Shown in pieces: positions 1 through 11,639 of a stretch of DNA of 64,000 nucleotides. Source of the DNA: Kudoa neothunni. Taxonomy: Eukaryota; Animalia; Cnidaria. Position 1 is the stretch's first letter; each line of letters starts with the position of its first letter. The stretch is from positions 1,252,221 to 1,316,220 of the forward strand of contig OZ199839.1 in the NCBI GenBank assembly GCA_964304625.1, given 5' to 3'. The notes under the pieces were generated by a model. The model saw only the letters and a list, made by a program, of their open reading frames with translations, had not been told where the DNA came from and did no database searches. A program made the translations under genes and the position numbers.

Positions 1-1493
1 CTAATAATTTCAGAAAGGGATCCGAAGATTGTGAATCTTTTGCAACTTTGGTCGTTTCTTCTTGAGATGGCGGTGATTGACTCCCACTGCCGGCCTGAGC
101 AGTAGCTGAGACTCCATTCGTAGTTTCAGTTGTTAAAGAATTTTTACAAATAGCAGTGCAAGCTCCAAAAGTTTTGAAGTTATTCAAATTCATCACTTTA
201 CCGTTGAAATTAAATTTCTGGCAAGTTCCGGCGTTATCGCCGGTTGCTACGTAGTAATGCCGAGGTAATTCATACTTATCGTCCCCAGTTGTCACACCAA
301 CTTTATCCTGTTTACAAACTTCGACAGCATTGATATCACCAAGATGGGCAGCTAATTTATAATTAAGGAAAACAAAATTTAATAATATTATTATTGTGAA
401 TTACTCGCTGGACAAAAACTTGCACAGAGCTCTGCTGAACTAAAAATATTAATTGAACCATCATCAATTTTGATGCTGGCATCAGGAGTCTGAGAAACAA
501 ACGGAAGACAAGCTTTTTTTTCTTTGTGGAAATAAAAGTAGTCCGCTACTTGGGTATTATCAGTAATCTTTGTTGTAGGTTGAACTTGGTAGGGACCGGT
601 CGCATTACAAGCAGCTACTGGTTCAGCTATTTTTTGATTAGCAAACATTTTTCACTCAATAGAATACTTATGCAAGTTTCTACGCATTTAGGCAACTCCT
701 CAAAATATCCTCTTTTTGCATTTTCACCAACAGCGGCATAAACACATCTTTTTTTATCTTTATGTAAAACAACTCCCATTTTCGGGCTCGCAGTGTCCAC
801 TTCAGCCGCGAAGCCGCAGTCAAATATATTAGGGATCGGTGTTAATGTTTCTTCATTAGTACCAGCGACAACATCACCATTTTTCTTATCTAATTAAAGT
901 AATTCCATTAAATTTGTTTTCAAATTTTGAAAAACTGACGTTACTTTGGCAAGCATTTTTACATTCAATTTCGGAATCGAAATTATTTGCATTTCCACCG
1001 CATCCACTGTATTTGAACATGTGGCATGAGTGAGCGCCTTTGCCATCAACATCCAACTTTGAGTAATACCACCTTATTTGTCTTTTATCCGTTGGTACGT
1101 CACAAAGTCCATCTGATTTAGATTCGCCACACGCGTTGGACTTCTCCTCAGGTGTAAATGTAACTATTTCAAATGTTATTAAAATATGATATTATTGCAA
1201 TATACGGTGATATTGACAAACCGCTTTTGACACAAAGTTATTAAAGTTTCCAAGAGAACCTTTATATTTGAATGACTTGCATGTAGCAGTAGCTTTGTCG
1301 ACATACCATCTATCAACTACAGCTTTTTTTTGTTCATCTGCGCTCATCCAAGAAGGAGGTTCCCCCTCATCTAACCTGTAATCGGTTAAAGCCTTTTCTA
1401 AAATAACATTATAACGAAAATAGATTAAATTAATATACCAGCTGATACGATTTCTAAAAATAATAATAATAATAAAAATGGAAAAGTTAACAT
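1..1493 (-). CDS. Secreted five-Kunitz-domain protein, copy 1 (6 exons; last ~35 nt of CDS lie left of the window)
   Basis: ATG at 1493 gives signal peptide MLTFPFLLLLFLEIVSA. Five GT-AG phase-1 introns. Exon 3 encodes a canonical Kunitz domain (CGESKSDGLC...SCHMFKYSGCGGNANNFDSEIECKNAC). Nearly identical to copy 2 from exon 2 onward, offset ~2882 bp. Confidence 0.88.
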
Positions 1494-2847
1494 TCACTTC
1501 TTTAATATAGTAGACTATAAGGTCCCGTATTTGAGCGAGATGTAAATTACATTTATTATACGGATGAATCAAACATCAATCGATTCATTACTTAATGTAG
1601 GATTATCTAAAATTAAATAAATACAAAAAAATATTTGAATGAATGTCGTAAATAATACTAATTATACATTATATAACCCATAAAACACAGCATAAATGTG
1701 CCGATTTAATTTTTATTTTAAATTTGATATCTATAAGATCATGGACAATGTCCGAAGGTTTATAATTAGTTTATTTAGAACAAAGAATTTTTTTACAATA
1801 TAATAATTAAATGAAAAAGTATTTTATTTCTTGGTATTATTATGATCCCTATATTTTATCTATAATTAACGATACATGGCACTCACTAATGTGCGAATGG
1901 TTTAAACTTTATTAATTTTTTGAATTAAAATTATAAAATTAATAGATGTTTTCGATCAAGAGTTACAATTTACAGCTTCCTGACTTAAACTTAACAATAT
2001 TTTTTAAACAATGTTTCACCAATCTAATTGATATATATTCTATTAGTCCTTTTGATCCCAGTATATACTTAAATATACATAAACAGAATTTAAATTCTCA
2101 GGATAATCTCCAAGCATGTCGGTTTCTTCCGGTAGAAAATAAAATCAAAACTTTATAATACTCTTATTTCTTTTATTCATTTAAAAATTAATTTTTAACC
2201 ATAAACTTTTAATTAAAGTTAAATAAATAATAAATATAAGAGATTCAAAGACCTTTAAACACTAAATATTATTGGTTCGGTTTCGAAAAAGTAGTCCATT
2301 ATTGTATATCCTTAAGGAAAAATTTTGTTGTTAGTTTAATTTAAAGGTTGTTTGATATCAAAAGATTAAATGAAAAACTTTAGAGAAAATAAAAAGTAAG
2401 AATATAAATTTCGATAAATAAAATAATTGGGGTTCCTAAAATATCCTGTCCGTCCCGTAAGGGTTAAAATAGTTCTATTCCTTTTTCATATTTTATAAGC
2501 TTGTGTAATTTTTAGTTAAAATCCCCGATTAAAGCATTAAATTAATCCAAATTTTATTCACTATTTATTACTCTGTATTTTTGTAATGTTTAATAATAAA
2601 ATAAAATTTTAATAAATAAACGACGTTACACCAACACAAGTATAAATATTAGAATTTGTGTCGAACCTAAAATTTAGTAACTGTGTATTTAATTTTATTT
2701 GACCTCTCTAAATATCAATTGTTATAAAATTCTTGGTATGGAGAATAAATAATACAACGCCTTGTCAAATCATACTAAAATAAAAATATTTTGAAAATTT
2801 CACTATAAATATATTTTGTTATTTTATTAATTATTTAAGATTTTTCA

Positions 2848-4370
2848 TTAACTCGGACCTAGTATGAAATACACTACAGTATCTAATAATTTCAGAAAGG
2901 GATCCGAAGATTGTGAATCTTTTGCAACTTTGGTCGTTTCTTCTTGAGATGGCGGTGATTGACTCCCACTGCCGGCCTGAGCAGTAGCTGAGACTCCATT
3001 CGTAGTTTCAGTTGTTAAAGAATTTTTACAAATAGCAGTGCAAGCTCCAAAAGTTTTGAAGTTATTCAAATTCATCACTTTACCGTTGAAATTAAATTTC
3101 TGGCAAGTTCCGGCGTTATCGCCGGTTGCTACGTAGTAATGCCGAGGTAATTCATACTTATCGTCCCCAGTTGTCACACCAACTTTATCCTGTTTACAAA
3201 CTTCGACAGCATTGATATCACCAAGATGGGCAGCTAATTTATAATTAAGGAAAACAAAATTTAATAATATTATTATTGTGAATTACTCGCTGGACAAAAA
3301 CTTGCACAGAGCTCTGCTGAACTAAAAATATTAATTGAACCATCATCAATTTTGATGCTGGCATCAGGAGTCTGAGAAACAAACGGAAGACAAGCTTTTT
3401 TTTCTTTGTGGAAATAAAAGTAGTCCGCTACTTGGGTATTATCAGTAATCTTTGTTGTAGGTTGAACTTGGTAGGGACCGGTCGCATTACAAGCAGCTAC
3501 TGGTTCAGCTATTTTTTGATTAGCAAACATTTTTCACTCAATAGAATACTTATGCAAGTTTCTACGCATTTAGGCAACTCCTCAAAATATCCTCTTTTTG
3601 CATTTTCACCAACAGCGGCATAAACACATCTTTTTTTATCTTTATGTAAAACAACTCCCATTTTCGGGCTCGCAGTGTCCACTTCAGCCGCGAAGCCGCA
3701 GTCAAATATATTAGGGATCGGTGTTAATGTTTCTTCATTAGTACCAGCGACAACATCACCATTTTTCTTATCTAATTAAAGTAATTCCATTAAATTTGTT
3801 TTCAAATTTTGAAAAAACTGACGTTACTTTGGCAAGCATTTTTACATTCAATTTCGGAATCGAAATTATTTGCATTTCCACCGCATCCACTGTATTTGAA
3901 CATGTGGCATGAGTGAGCGCCTTTGCCATCAACATCCAACTTTGAGTAATACCACCTTATTTGTCTTTTATCCGTTGGTACGTCACAAAGTCCATCTGAT
4001 TTAGATTCGCCACACGCGTTGGACTTCTCCTCAGGTGTAAATGTAACTATTTCAAATGTTATTAAAATATGATATTATTGCAATATACGGTGATATTGAC
4101 AAACCGCTTTTGACACAAAGTTATTAAAGTTTCCAAGAGAACCTTTATATTTGAATGACTTGCATGTAGCAGTAGCTTTGTCGACATACCATCTATCAAC
4201 TACAGCTTTTTTTTGTTCATCTGCGCTCATCCAAGAAGGAGGTTCCCCCTCATCTAACCTGTAATCGGTTAAAGCCTTTTCTAAAATAACATTATAACAA
4301 AAATAGATTAACTTGATATACCAGTTGATACAATTTCTAATAATAATAATAATAATGGAAAAGTCAACAT
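2848..4370 (-). CDS. Secreted five-Kunitz-domain protein, copy 2 (429 aa)
   Basis: Manually spliced exons 4370-4322, 4280-4089, 4046-3828, 3771-3550, 3508-3287, 3233-2848. Introns are 41, 42, 56, 41 and 53 nt, all GT-AG phase 1; the total of 1290 nt is in frame. Signal peptide MLTFPLLLLLLEIVST; Kunitz motifs FxYxGCGGNxNNF and CxxxC. Confidence 0.9.
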
Positions 4371-5759
4371 TCACTTCTTTATTAAAGTAGACTATTAGGT
4401 CCCGTATTTGAGCGAGATGTAAATTACATTTATTATACGGATGAATCAAACATCAATTGATTCATTATTTACTGCAGGATAACTTAAATTTGAATAAATA
4501 TTAAAAATAAAATTTTGCATTAGCTGTACTAATTTTCATTATAAAATATATTAACCACACAACATAAATATGACAAATTTAATTTCAAATTTTGATATTT
4601 ATAAAATCATATACAATGACCGAAGATTTATAATCTAGTTAATTTAGAACGAAGAACATTTATCTATTGTCCAAATTAATTAAAAATGTTTATTTTCAGA
4701 GATTATTACGATCAATTCATTTTACATAGGATTAACGGCACTCAATAATGAAAAAATGATTTAGATTCAACTAATATTTTTAATTTAAATAGGAAATTTA
4801 ATAATTAGGCACGATCAAACTTTCTAATTTATAGCTAAGAAAATTAAGAATAATATTTTTTTTGAATATGTTTTAAATTTTGTTTTATATATATTTTATT
4901 AGCCCTTTTGGTCCCAGCGTATACTTAAATATACAAGATCGAAAGTTGAATTCCTTAGACGCACTCGTTTGACTATTCCATCTACAATAATTTCTGAACG
5001 TTTTATTAAATTTATTTTTTCAAAAAAGATATTACGTTATTACAGTAAACTTAAATCGGAAGATATTAATAAAATTATTAAAATTGCATTGTTTTGAAAA
5101 TAGGATAATTATTCATGCGTTGGTTCAAAATTATAATAACACGCAGCTATGTAAAAAATATTTTTTCATAATAAAACTAACAAAAATATTTGTATGAATT
5201 ATCAAAACAAAACATAAACTTTCAAAGAGATTCACATGTAAATATATCTGTATATTTAAATATAAATTGGGTCCATATGTAACGGAGTTCACCACCCCAT
5301 AACGGATCACGACGTTAGATCAAAAAGCTACAACCTAGTCCTATACCTGAAGACGTTGTTGTTCACCAATTGCTGAAATTGCTAATCCAGGTAAATCTCA
5401 AAATAAGATACTATTACTGTGTTATGTATAAGTAACGATGGTCCAAAGTAAAAGTGAAATATTTCAACTGATAACTATTGTCATTTTAATGAGATAAAAG
5501 AAACCAAAATTCTTAATAGAATATTTCTAGAGGTTTTTAAGCGATTCGTTGTTTGACATAATTGTCCGAGACACCAATACAAAATCTTTCCAATGTGACC
5601 ATTTTCTTCAGAAACGACGTTGTAAAGATAAGAAAATACATAGATATCATTCTTAAATGGAAATGTTCCCAATTCCTTCGATTTTTTACAATCAGCAGGA
5701 TAATTTGAACTATTTTCTTATTTCTACTTTTTCCAAAAGTTTAAGATTTGAACGTTTAC

Positions 5760-5784
5760 TATATATATATATATATATATATAT
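5760..5784. repeat. (TA)n microsatellite, shorter in sister units (~19789-19800, ~26401-26410)
   Basis: Direct reading of the dinucleotide run. Confidence 0.8.
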
Positions 5785-6441
5785 TTATTTCAATTGCAAA
5801 GCCAAAATAAAAACCAATTAATCTTCAAGACACTATAACAGTTTTCCCACAATAAGACACATTAAATCACTTATTATCATCATTTTTAAATATTTATCCT
5901 AAGAGTAAATATTTAATAGTTAAACAAATGATCCCTTTTAAGGTGCACATGGCGCAATTGGAAACATGTCTAAACATCCGATTAACTGAGGGTTTATAAT
6001 TTTTATAAGGCGCGGGATGTACGATTTTATTTGATTTACCGTTCATACTATAGAAATCTTCACAAGAAATAAAGTAGGTACGGATTCGGAGGACTGTCCT
6101 TAAATTATGTAAATATACGTCATATTTTCCAAAAATAATTGTTATATTTTGATAACTAGTTTACAAATATATCCACGCAGATAATTTATTTAAACAATTC
6201 TTTTCTACCAACGCAATCAGATCAGATCGGGAGAAAAATTAACTTTGTAATTTGAAAAATCGTGGAAGAGGAAAGGTTGTGGTGCTTTTGAATGTGTCAA
6301 ATAAATAAAATATAGAATTTTCTTAATTTGATGGATTTTGGATATGTGGTTAACTTAATCATCTTCAACTCGTTCGACGTTTGAAGCTACTAGATCAATA
6401 CAAAGCTTTTGGAGGACCAAAAAGTTCTCAATATTCTATGC

Positions 6442-6673
6442 CAATATTTCTCAACCCAGGGATCAAGGACCCCTAAAGGGTGCGTGAGAAGATTTTTACT
6501 CTTACAAACTTGGTCAATCGTGAATTCCTGACTTTAATAAAATACTATTTTAAAAACTACTCAGGAACAATAGTATCATAAATATAAATTTACGTGGTTA
6601 ACACATTGAGAAGTTTATACTTAATTAACTCAGCTAATCGGAATCCGTGAACAAAAAATATTGGGAAATATTG
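6442..6673. mobile_element. hAT-like MITE (~230 bp) inside fossil piggyBac A; also present at ~20420-20650 and ~27067-27298
   Basis: Terminal inverted repeat CAATATTTCtCAA...TTGGGAAATATTG with a degenerate 8-bp TSD (ttctatgc/ttctgtac). Removing it restores the reading ...LNILCPSAVTEYN. Confidence 0.6.
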
Positions 6674-6873
6674 TTCTGTATCCCTCTGCGGTAACTGAAT
6701 ACAACGAGAACAATGGCGGAGTAGATGTTTCGAATGTACCAAACTGAACGCGTGAAAAATTTAATATGGGAATATTTTGTTTGGCCATAAATATTTTTAT
6801 CTGGTAGTCGTAGTTATTTTACAGAAAAAATTGTAGAATGAGGAAGGATGAAAGCAATAACACTATTTTCTAC

Positions 6874-9800
6874 GACAGTGGCTATTGACACACTAGAGTA
6901 TAATCCCTTGCCGGGACTGTCTATTGACATGACAATGAATTTCTCCCATATTACTAATAATTCAAGTCTATAAATTTATATTGTTTTAACATATTTTGAT
7001 CTCCTAAAATATCTATTTATGTTACAACATTTTTTGATTGACTTCACTAATACTGATAAAACTAAGTATAGTTTAAAGAAAATTAGAAAGTTAAAATTAT
7101 TACACTTGTCTTATTTAAACAACAATTAAGTGAATGTTGATTAATAGTAATTTAAATAAGAAAATTTGTAAAATTAAAGATATATATTTGCGGCACATGC
7201 ATGAAAAATGGCGAATAGAACCGATAATGGTGTATTCGAAATAGGTAAAAAATTTGACTCATTTATGCAATTAGAAGAGTTTATACATAAGTTTGAACAG
7301 CAATCATGCTGTGTCTTGATTAAGCATGACTCAAAAAACTATCAAACCTAAAACGAATTCTCTCAAAAAAATTCAACGAAAACTTAAATTATTACTCAGT
7401 CAAATATGTTTGTTATTTTAGTGACCAGTATCGAGACAGGTCAACGAGCATTCGAGAAAAACAAACCATTAAAGGCATATGTCCTGTTCATGTGCCACTA
7501 AGAGTATGTTCAGATGGACAGACACTCGAAATAAAATCACTCAATTTAAGCCACAATCATGAAACAAACCAAACGTTTTTTAAATTTTTACCACAACATG
7601 AAAATTGGACCGTAATGATCAAATAGTGTCGGAAATAGTTTCTTTGTGCGCTAATACAAAATTAATTCAATCCAAAATCCAACAAGAAACCGGTAAAATG
7701 ATAACATTGAAGTCTATACATAATATCGAAATAATTTATTCACACAGAAGATTGATATGAGCTTCCTTTATAAATTACTAACGGAAGATTATAATTGTGA
7801 TGTTAGGATACTAGCAGATGAAACAAACCAAGTTACTGCAATTCTATTCGAGGATGAAAAAATGAAGGATGTTTTTCCACAACATCTATCAATTGACGCA
7901 AACTACAAGTTACTTGATTCGCGGTTATTTTTATTCTTTTAAAATATTAAAGTTATCTATATATTTTAATTTTAGGGCTTCCTTGTACCTGACGGTTTCT
8001 GAAGACTCTATGGAATAGACACACCTAAATAATGCATGTATAATACTTGAGGAGACTGAAGTAGTAGTTGACTGTTACAATAATGAACTGATATCAATTG
8101 TTCTTTGGATAAAAGAAAAAATCCTCTCGATTGTTACTGATAAGGATTTAAAACTTCGAAAAGTTATGAAAAATCATTTTTCCAATGCCGAAATTTTTAT
8201 TTGTAAATTTCACGTTATACAGATTTTTCAACGAGAGTTAAAACTTTCAAAATATAATATTAATAATGAAACAAAAGTATCCATGTTATCCATTCTTAAA
8301 AAATGATGCATGCTAAAAATGAAGAGGATTATGAAAACTTATATGATGAGCTCTATAGTTTAATATTTTGGATCTCAATACCTGTTACAAGAAAATTTGG
8401 GATCCAATTAAATCACAATGGATCATATCATTCAGTAAAGCCCGACACTTTTAAAATAATTTAACAAATAATCGACTAGAAGCTCTTAATTCAAAATTGA
8501 AGAGCGTGATAAAAAATTCTTTATTCTTTTGAATTCATTCAGAACAGAAAAAACTTGCCGTACAGTGACCGAATTATCTAAGACATCCTATAGGAATATT
8601 GAAAATGAGGTTGAAAAAAAGTATTGGGGTCAATTAGCTTAATACTCCTGTAAACTTGTAATTAATGAATTGAAAAAGATGCAAACCAAATTTGATTGTG
8701 GATTAAATTATAATTCAACCATCAATTTTTGTGCATGTAAGTTTTATCGATCTTACGAACTACCTTGTCAACACATTCTAACATAAAGATCAAAATCATC
8801 GTTACCATTGTTTGACCCACATATATAGTAATATATACCATCCCAGATGGAACAAAGAACTTATATAAAATTTTGTCGAAAATAAAAATGACTCCACTCA
8901 AAACATCAACCCAAATGTTGTCGATATAAAAACAAGCAACATGATGCTATAACCACTTCCAAACGTACGAAGTTGGTTAATATATATTCCAATAAATTAT
9001 CCACGTCTTCTTATGAATACTGCGGGGAATATTTCGATCACTGGATCATATTATTCAAAGTGTGTGATAACATTATTAAAAAATCATAATCACGCGGCTT
9101 TAAAGAAATTGGTGGGTAGAACGTTTCTATTTTTGAAAATTGAGATTTAATTTAGAGTTTGGCACAGTTTTAGAGTCAGGCGTTAATGTGTATCAATGTG
9201 ATGTTGGCCTCATTACACCAACTTCCTCAGGTAAACATAAATTTTAGTTATAACCAAAAAAAATTTGTTTAATGAGAAAGTAGTCTTGCTGTAATTCCGC
9301 CAATAAATGATACATCACCACCTGAACCGCTTGAGAAGATGTAATTGGAACCGCCCCTATCCCGGATAAAACTGATGTCGAAAACAGAGAATCAATAAAC
9401 CCTCCAGAATTAAAAGGTTTGTAACTTACTGTAGCAAGTTATTGCTATTTAGAACTTACTCTTCCTAATAAAGTTAAGGCTGTTGGGAGGTCTAAAAGTT
9501 ATGGCTTGGCAGCAATTAAGAGACAACGAAAAAGAAAAGCCTTCGGTCAATTAAATAAACATTCTTATTTATTAAATTATATTCAATTCGATTGTTAACT
9601 TTTACATTGATTACGAATGTTTGTTTATATTTACCGCTGACTTTGCAACGTCAGAGTTCAACTTTACCGATATCACGACATAAATTTAACCTGCTCATTT
9701 CTAATGTTGTAGAGAAGATATTCTTTCGAGTTGTATTTTAAAATATACATTATAGCTCAATGTAATAATATATTTAAAAATAAATAATATCTATTCTTTA

Positions 9801-10012
9801 TTAGTTGAATTTCGTAAAAATGTTGTCATTAAAACCCAAAATTAGATGAACGGCTTTATTCATAAAATTCTATAATTCAATATGAAACAAAATGTTATAA
9901 CAATATATACATTTTCAGACTTGAATTATTAGTAATTTTGGAGAAATTCATTGTCGTGTCAATAGACAGTCCCGGCAAGGGTTTATACGCTAGCGTGTCA
10001 ATAGCCACTGTC
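6874..10012 (+). mobile_element. Mutator/MULE DNA transposon A, decayed, with intron-containing transposase
   Basis: About 100-bp TIRs (GACAGTGGCTATTGACAC...GTGTCAATAGCCACTGTC) and a 9-bp TSD attttctac/tttatctac; empty site at ~20842-20850. Transposase motifs IDANYKLLD, VTDKD, CKFHVIQ, TNNRLEALNSKLK and SWIM-type CxC...LPCQH. Confidence 0.88.
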
Positions 10013-11639
10013 TTTATCTACCGGGTTTTGCATCCAAAACAGGATCTCGTGGCGAACAAAACAGGATTTTATGACTAGTAACAGGAAATTTATAATAGAT
10101 TATCTGGCTACAGTTTTTTTGCAAATTGTAACAATCAGAAAACCAAGACAGCAATTTAATCTTTCCCTCGGCTATTCTCTATTAATCGACTAATAATCTA
10201 TATTATGGGACAATCTATTTAACTCTCAAAAAAACTTACGCGTGTGCCGAGGGGAAACCTAAGGTACCCCAGAGGTTTTTCAACTTAGTTCGCTCGCAGG
10301 GATAAAAAATTTGATGACGTCTCTTTCCACAACACTGGTACATGCACGATGATTATAGGATTAATTTTATTCCCATTAGTTTTGTATGTTATTAAGCGAA
10401 TAATTAAATTTAAACAATAATATTATATTTTTATATTTTATTTTACCGCATAAACAACGTAAAAGACCAATTCTAGCGCTTAAAATCGAATGTTGCAACA
10501 CAAAATGAATTTAATACTATGAGATTTTTAAAATAAGTTATTGATTACAAATAATTTTTCAATTTATTATTAATATTTATTTGTGGTAGAAAAACGCTTT
10601 AGATGGCGATTTCACTATTAGGGAAAATAAGTCATCGATGATTCCTGACAAGATGACCGAGGATGTAATAATGAGCACATTTTTATGTTTATTCTCCTTT
10701 CAACATAAAATTTTTTTAAATACTCGTAACTCTGATAAGCTCATAATAATATTGACAACGAAGTTCAACATTTTTTTAGTTTAAGTTTAATTATGCCATG
10801 GTTATCAAAAATGTGGACACAATGTTTTGCGACCGTTCTTTATTTTGCACCAACTACCGCGCAACCACCTACTAAAATTTTGAAACCGTCTGAGGTCAAG
10901 ATAGATACACTTGTGATCCTCATATGGGCTATAAATAATAATTCAGCCGACTTCAAACATAATGTTGCATCTGAATATGGCGAATATAATAATGAACGGC
11001 AATGTGTCAACTGACGGGAACGCGTGCATCGAAGAAGATAATGAATCGAACTGTAATGAATTCAATCAAATTCATAACGAAACAAAAATTTATGAAAATA
11101 ATAACTACGAAAAAAGGAGGCGACAGATAGATTATTGCATACATTAACTAACTTAGTGAAAACGATTGTGGCATATGATTTAGTGAGCTTAACTCCTCGT
11201 CACAACAGTATGAATAAACTTATACCTACTAGTATGAAAATTCTGCTCTTAACAATTAATTCAAACTTAATTTTATTATGAAAGTTGTAAAAACTATAGG
11301 TATACCCATGACAGTGAATGATTATTTTGAATATGATAAAAAACAATTTGATATCTATGAGGTATGTTTGAAAAAATATAATCATTTTGTTTGATAAATT
11401 TTTGTGGGTTATTCGTCTTAAAACTCAAAATTAATAGAAATAAAATTAATCCAATAATCATCGCGCACGCATCATTGTTGTGGAAAGAGATACGATAAAA
11501 AAAATTTGTTTTATGTGGTTATTACTTAGTTTAAAATGAAAGTAATCGCCCAAAACGTAGAGATATTTAATCAGCTAGGAAAAATTACAAGCAATACATT
11601 ACCATCACATTTAAGAAAAAGGCGAGAATAAACAATCAA

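Larger units (their letters stand above)
4899..6873 (+). mobile_element. Fossil piggyBac transposase remnant A (part of the repeat unit; also ~18931-21025 and ~25575-27697)
   Basis: Decayed piggyBac motifs on the + strand: FLSDSLFDIIVRDTN, QMIPFKG, FDNWFT (clearest at ~20160 and ~26780), PSAVTEYNENNGGVD. The left end ttagcccttttggtccc resembles a TTAA-CCCTT terminus. Confidence 0.7.

Noticed and set aside
526-741. Short antisense or alternative-frame ORFs overlapping Kunitz exons and transposases (e.g. 526-741, 3408-3623, 14380-15060, 49377-49790, 58419-58972)
   Set aside because: They are shadows of real coding sequence on the opposite strand or another frame, with no independent motifs.
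1439-1515. Apparent 15-nt and 17-nt micro-exons upstream of exon 2
   Set aside because: Joining them gives stop codons. The simpler single exon 1 starting at the ATG at 1493 explains the sequence.
1192-1572. ORF-track N-terminus MIHPYNKC...FIIIII (also 4075-4449, 18110-18484, 54250-54627) as the real protein start
   Set aside because: It begins at a non-ATG codon and reads through intron 1 and upstream sequence. An ATG in another frame gives a clean signal peptide spliced in phase to exon 2. The 3-nt length variation is explained by the Leu (TTA)n run.
2848-2910. Canonical GPI-anchor signal or transmembrane helix at the Kunitz C-terminus
   Set aside because: The tails contain internal D/E/K residues and only short uninterrupted hydrophobic runs, which fits an amphipathic helix better. 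Not fully excluded without a predictor.
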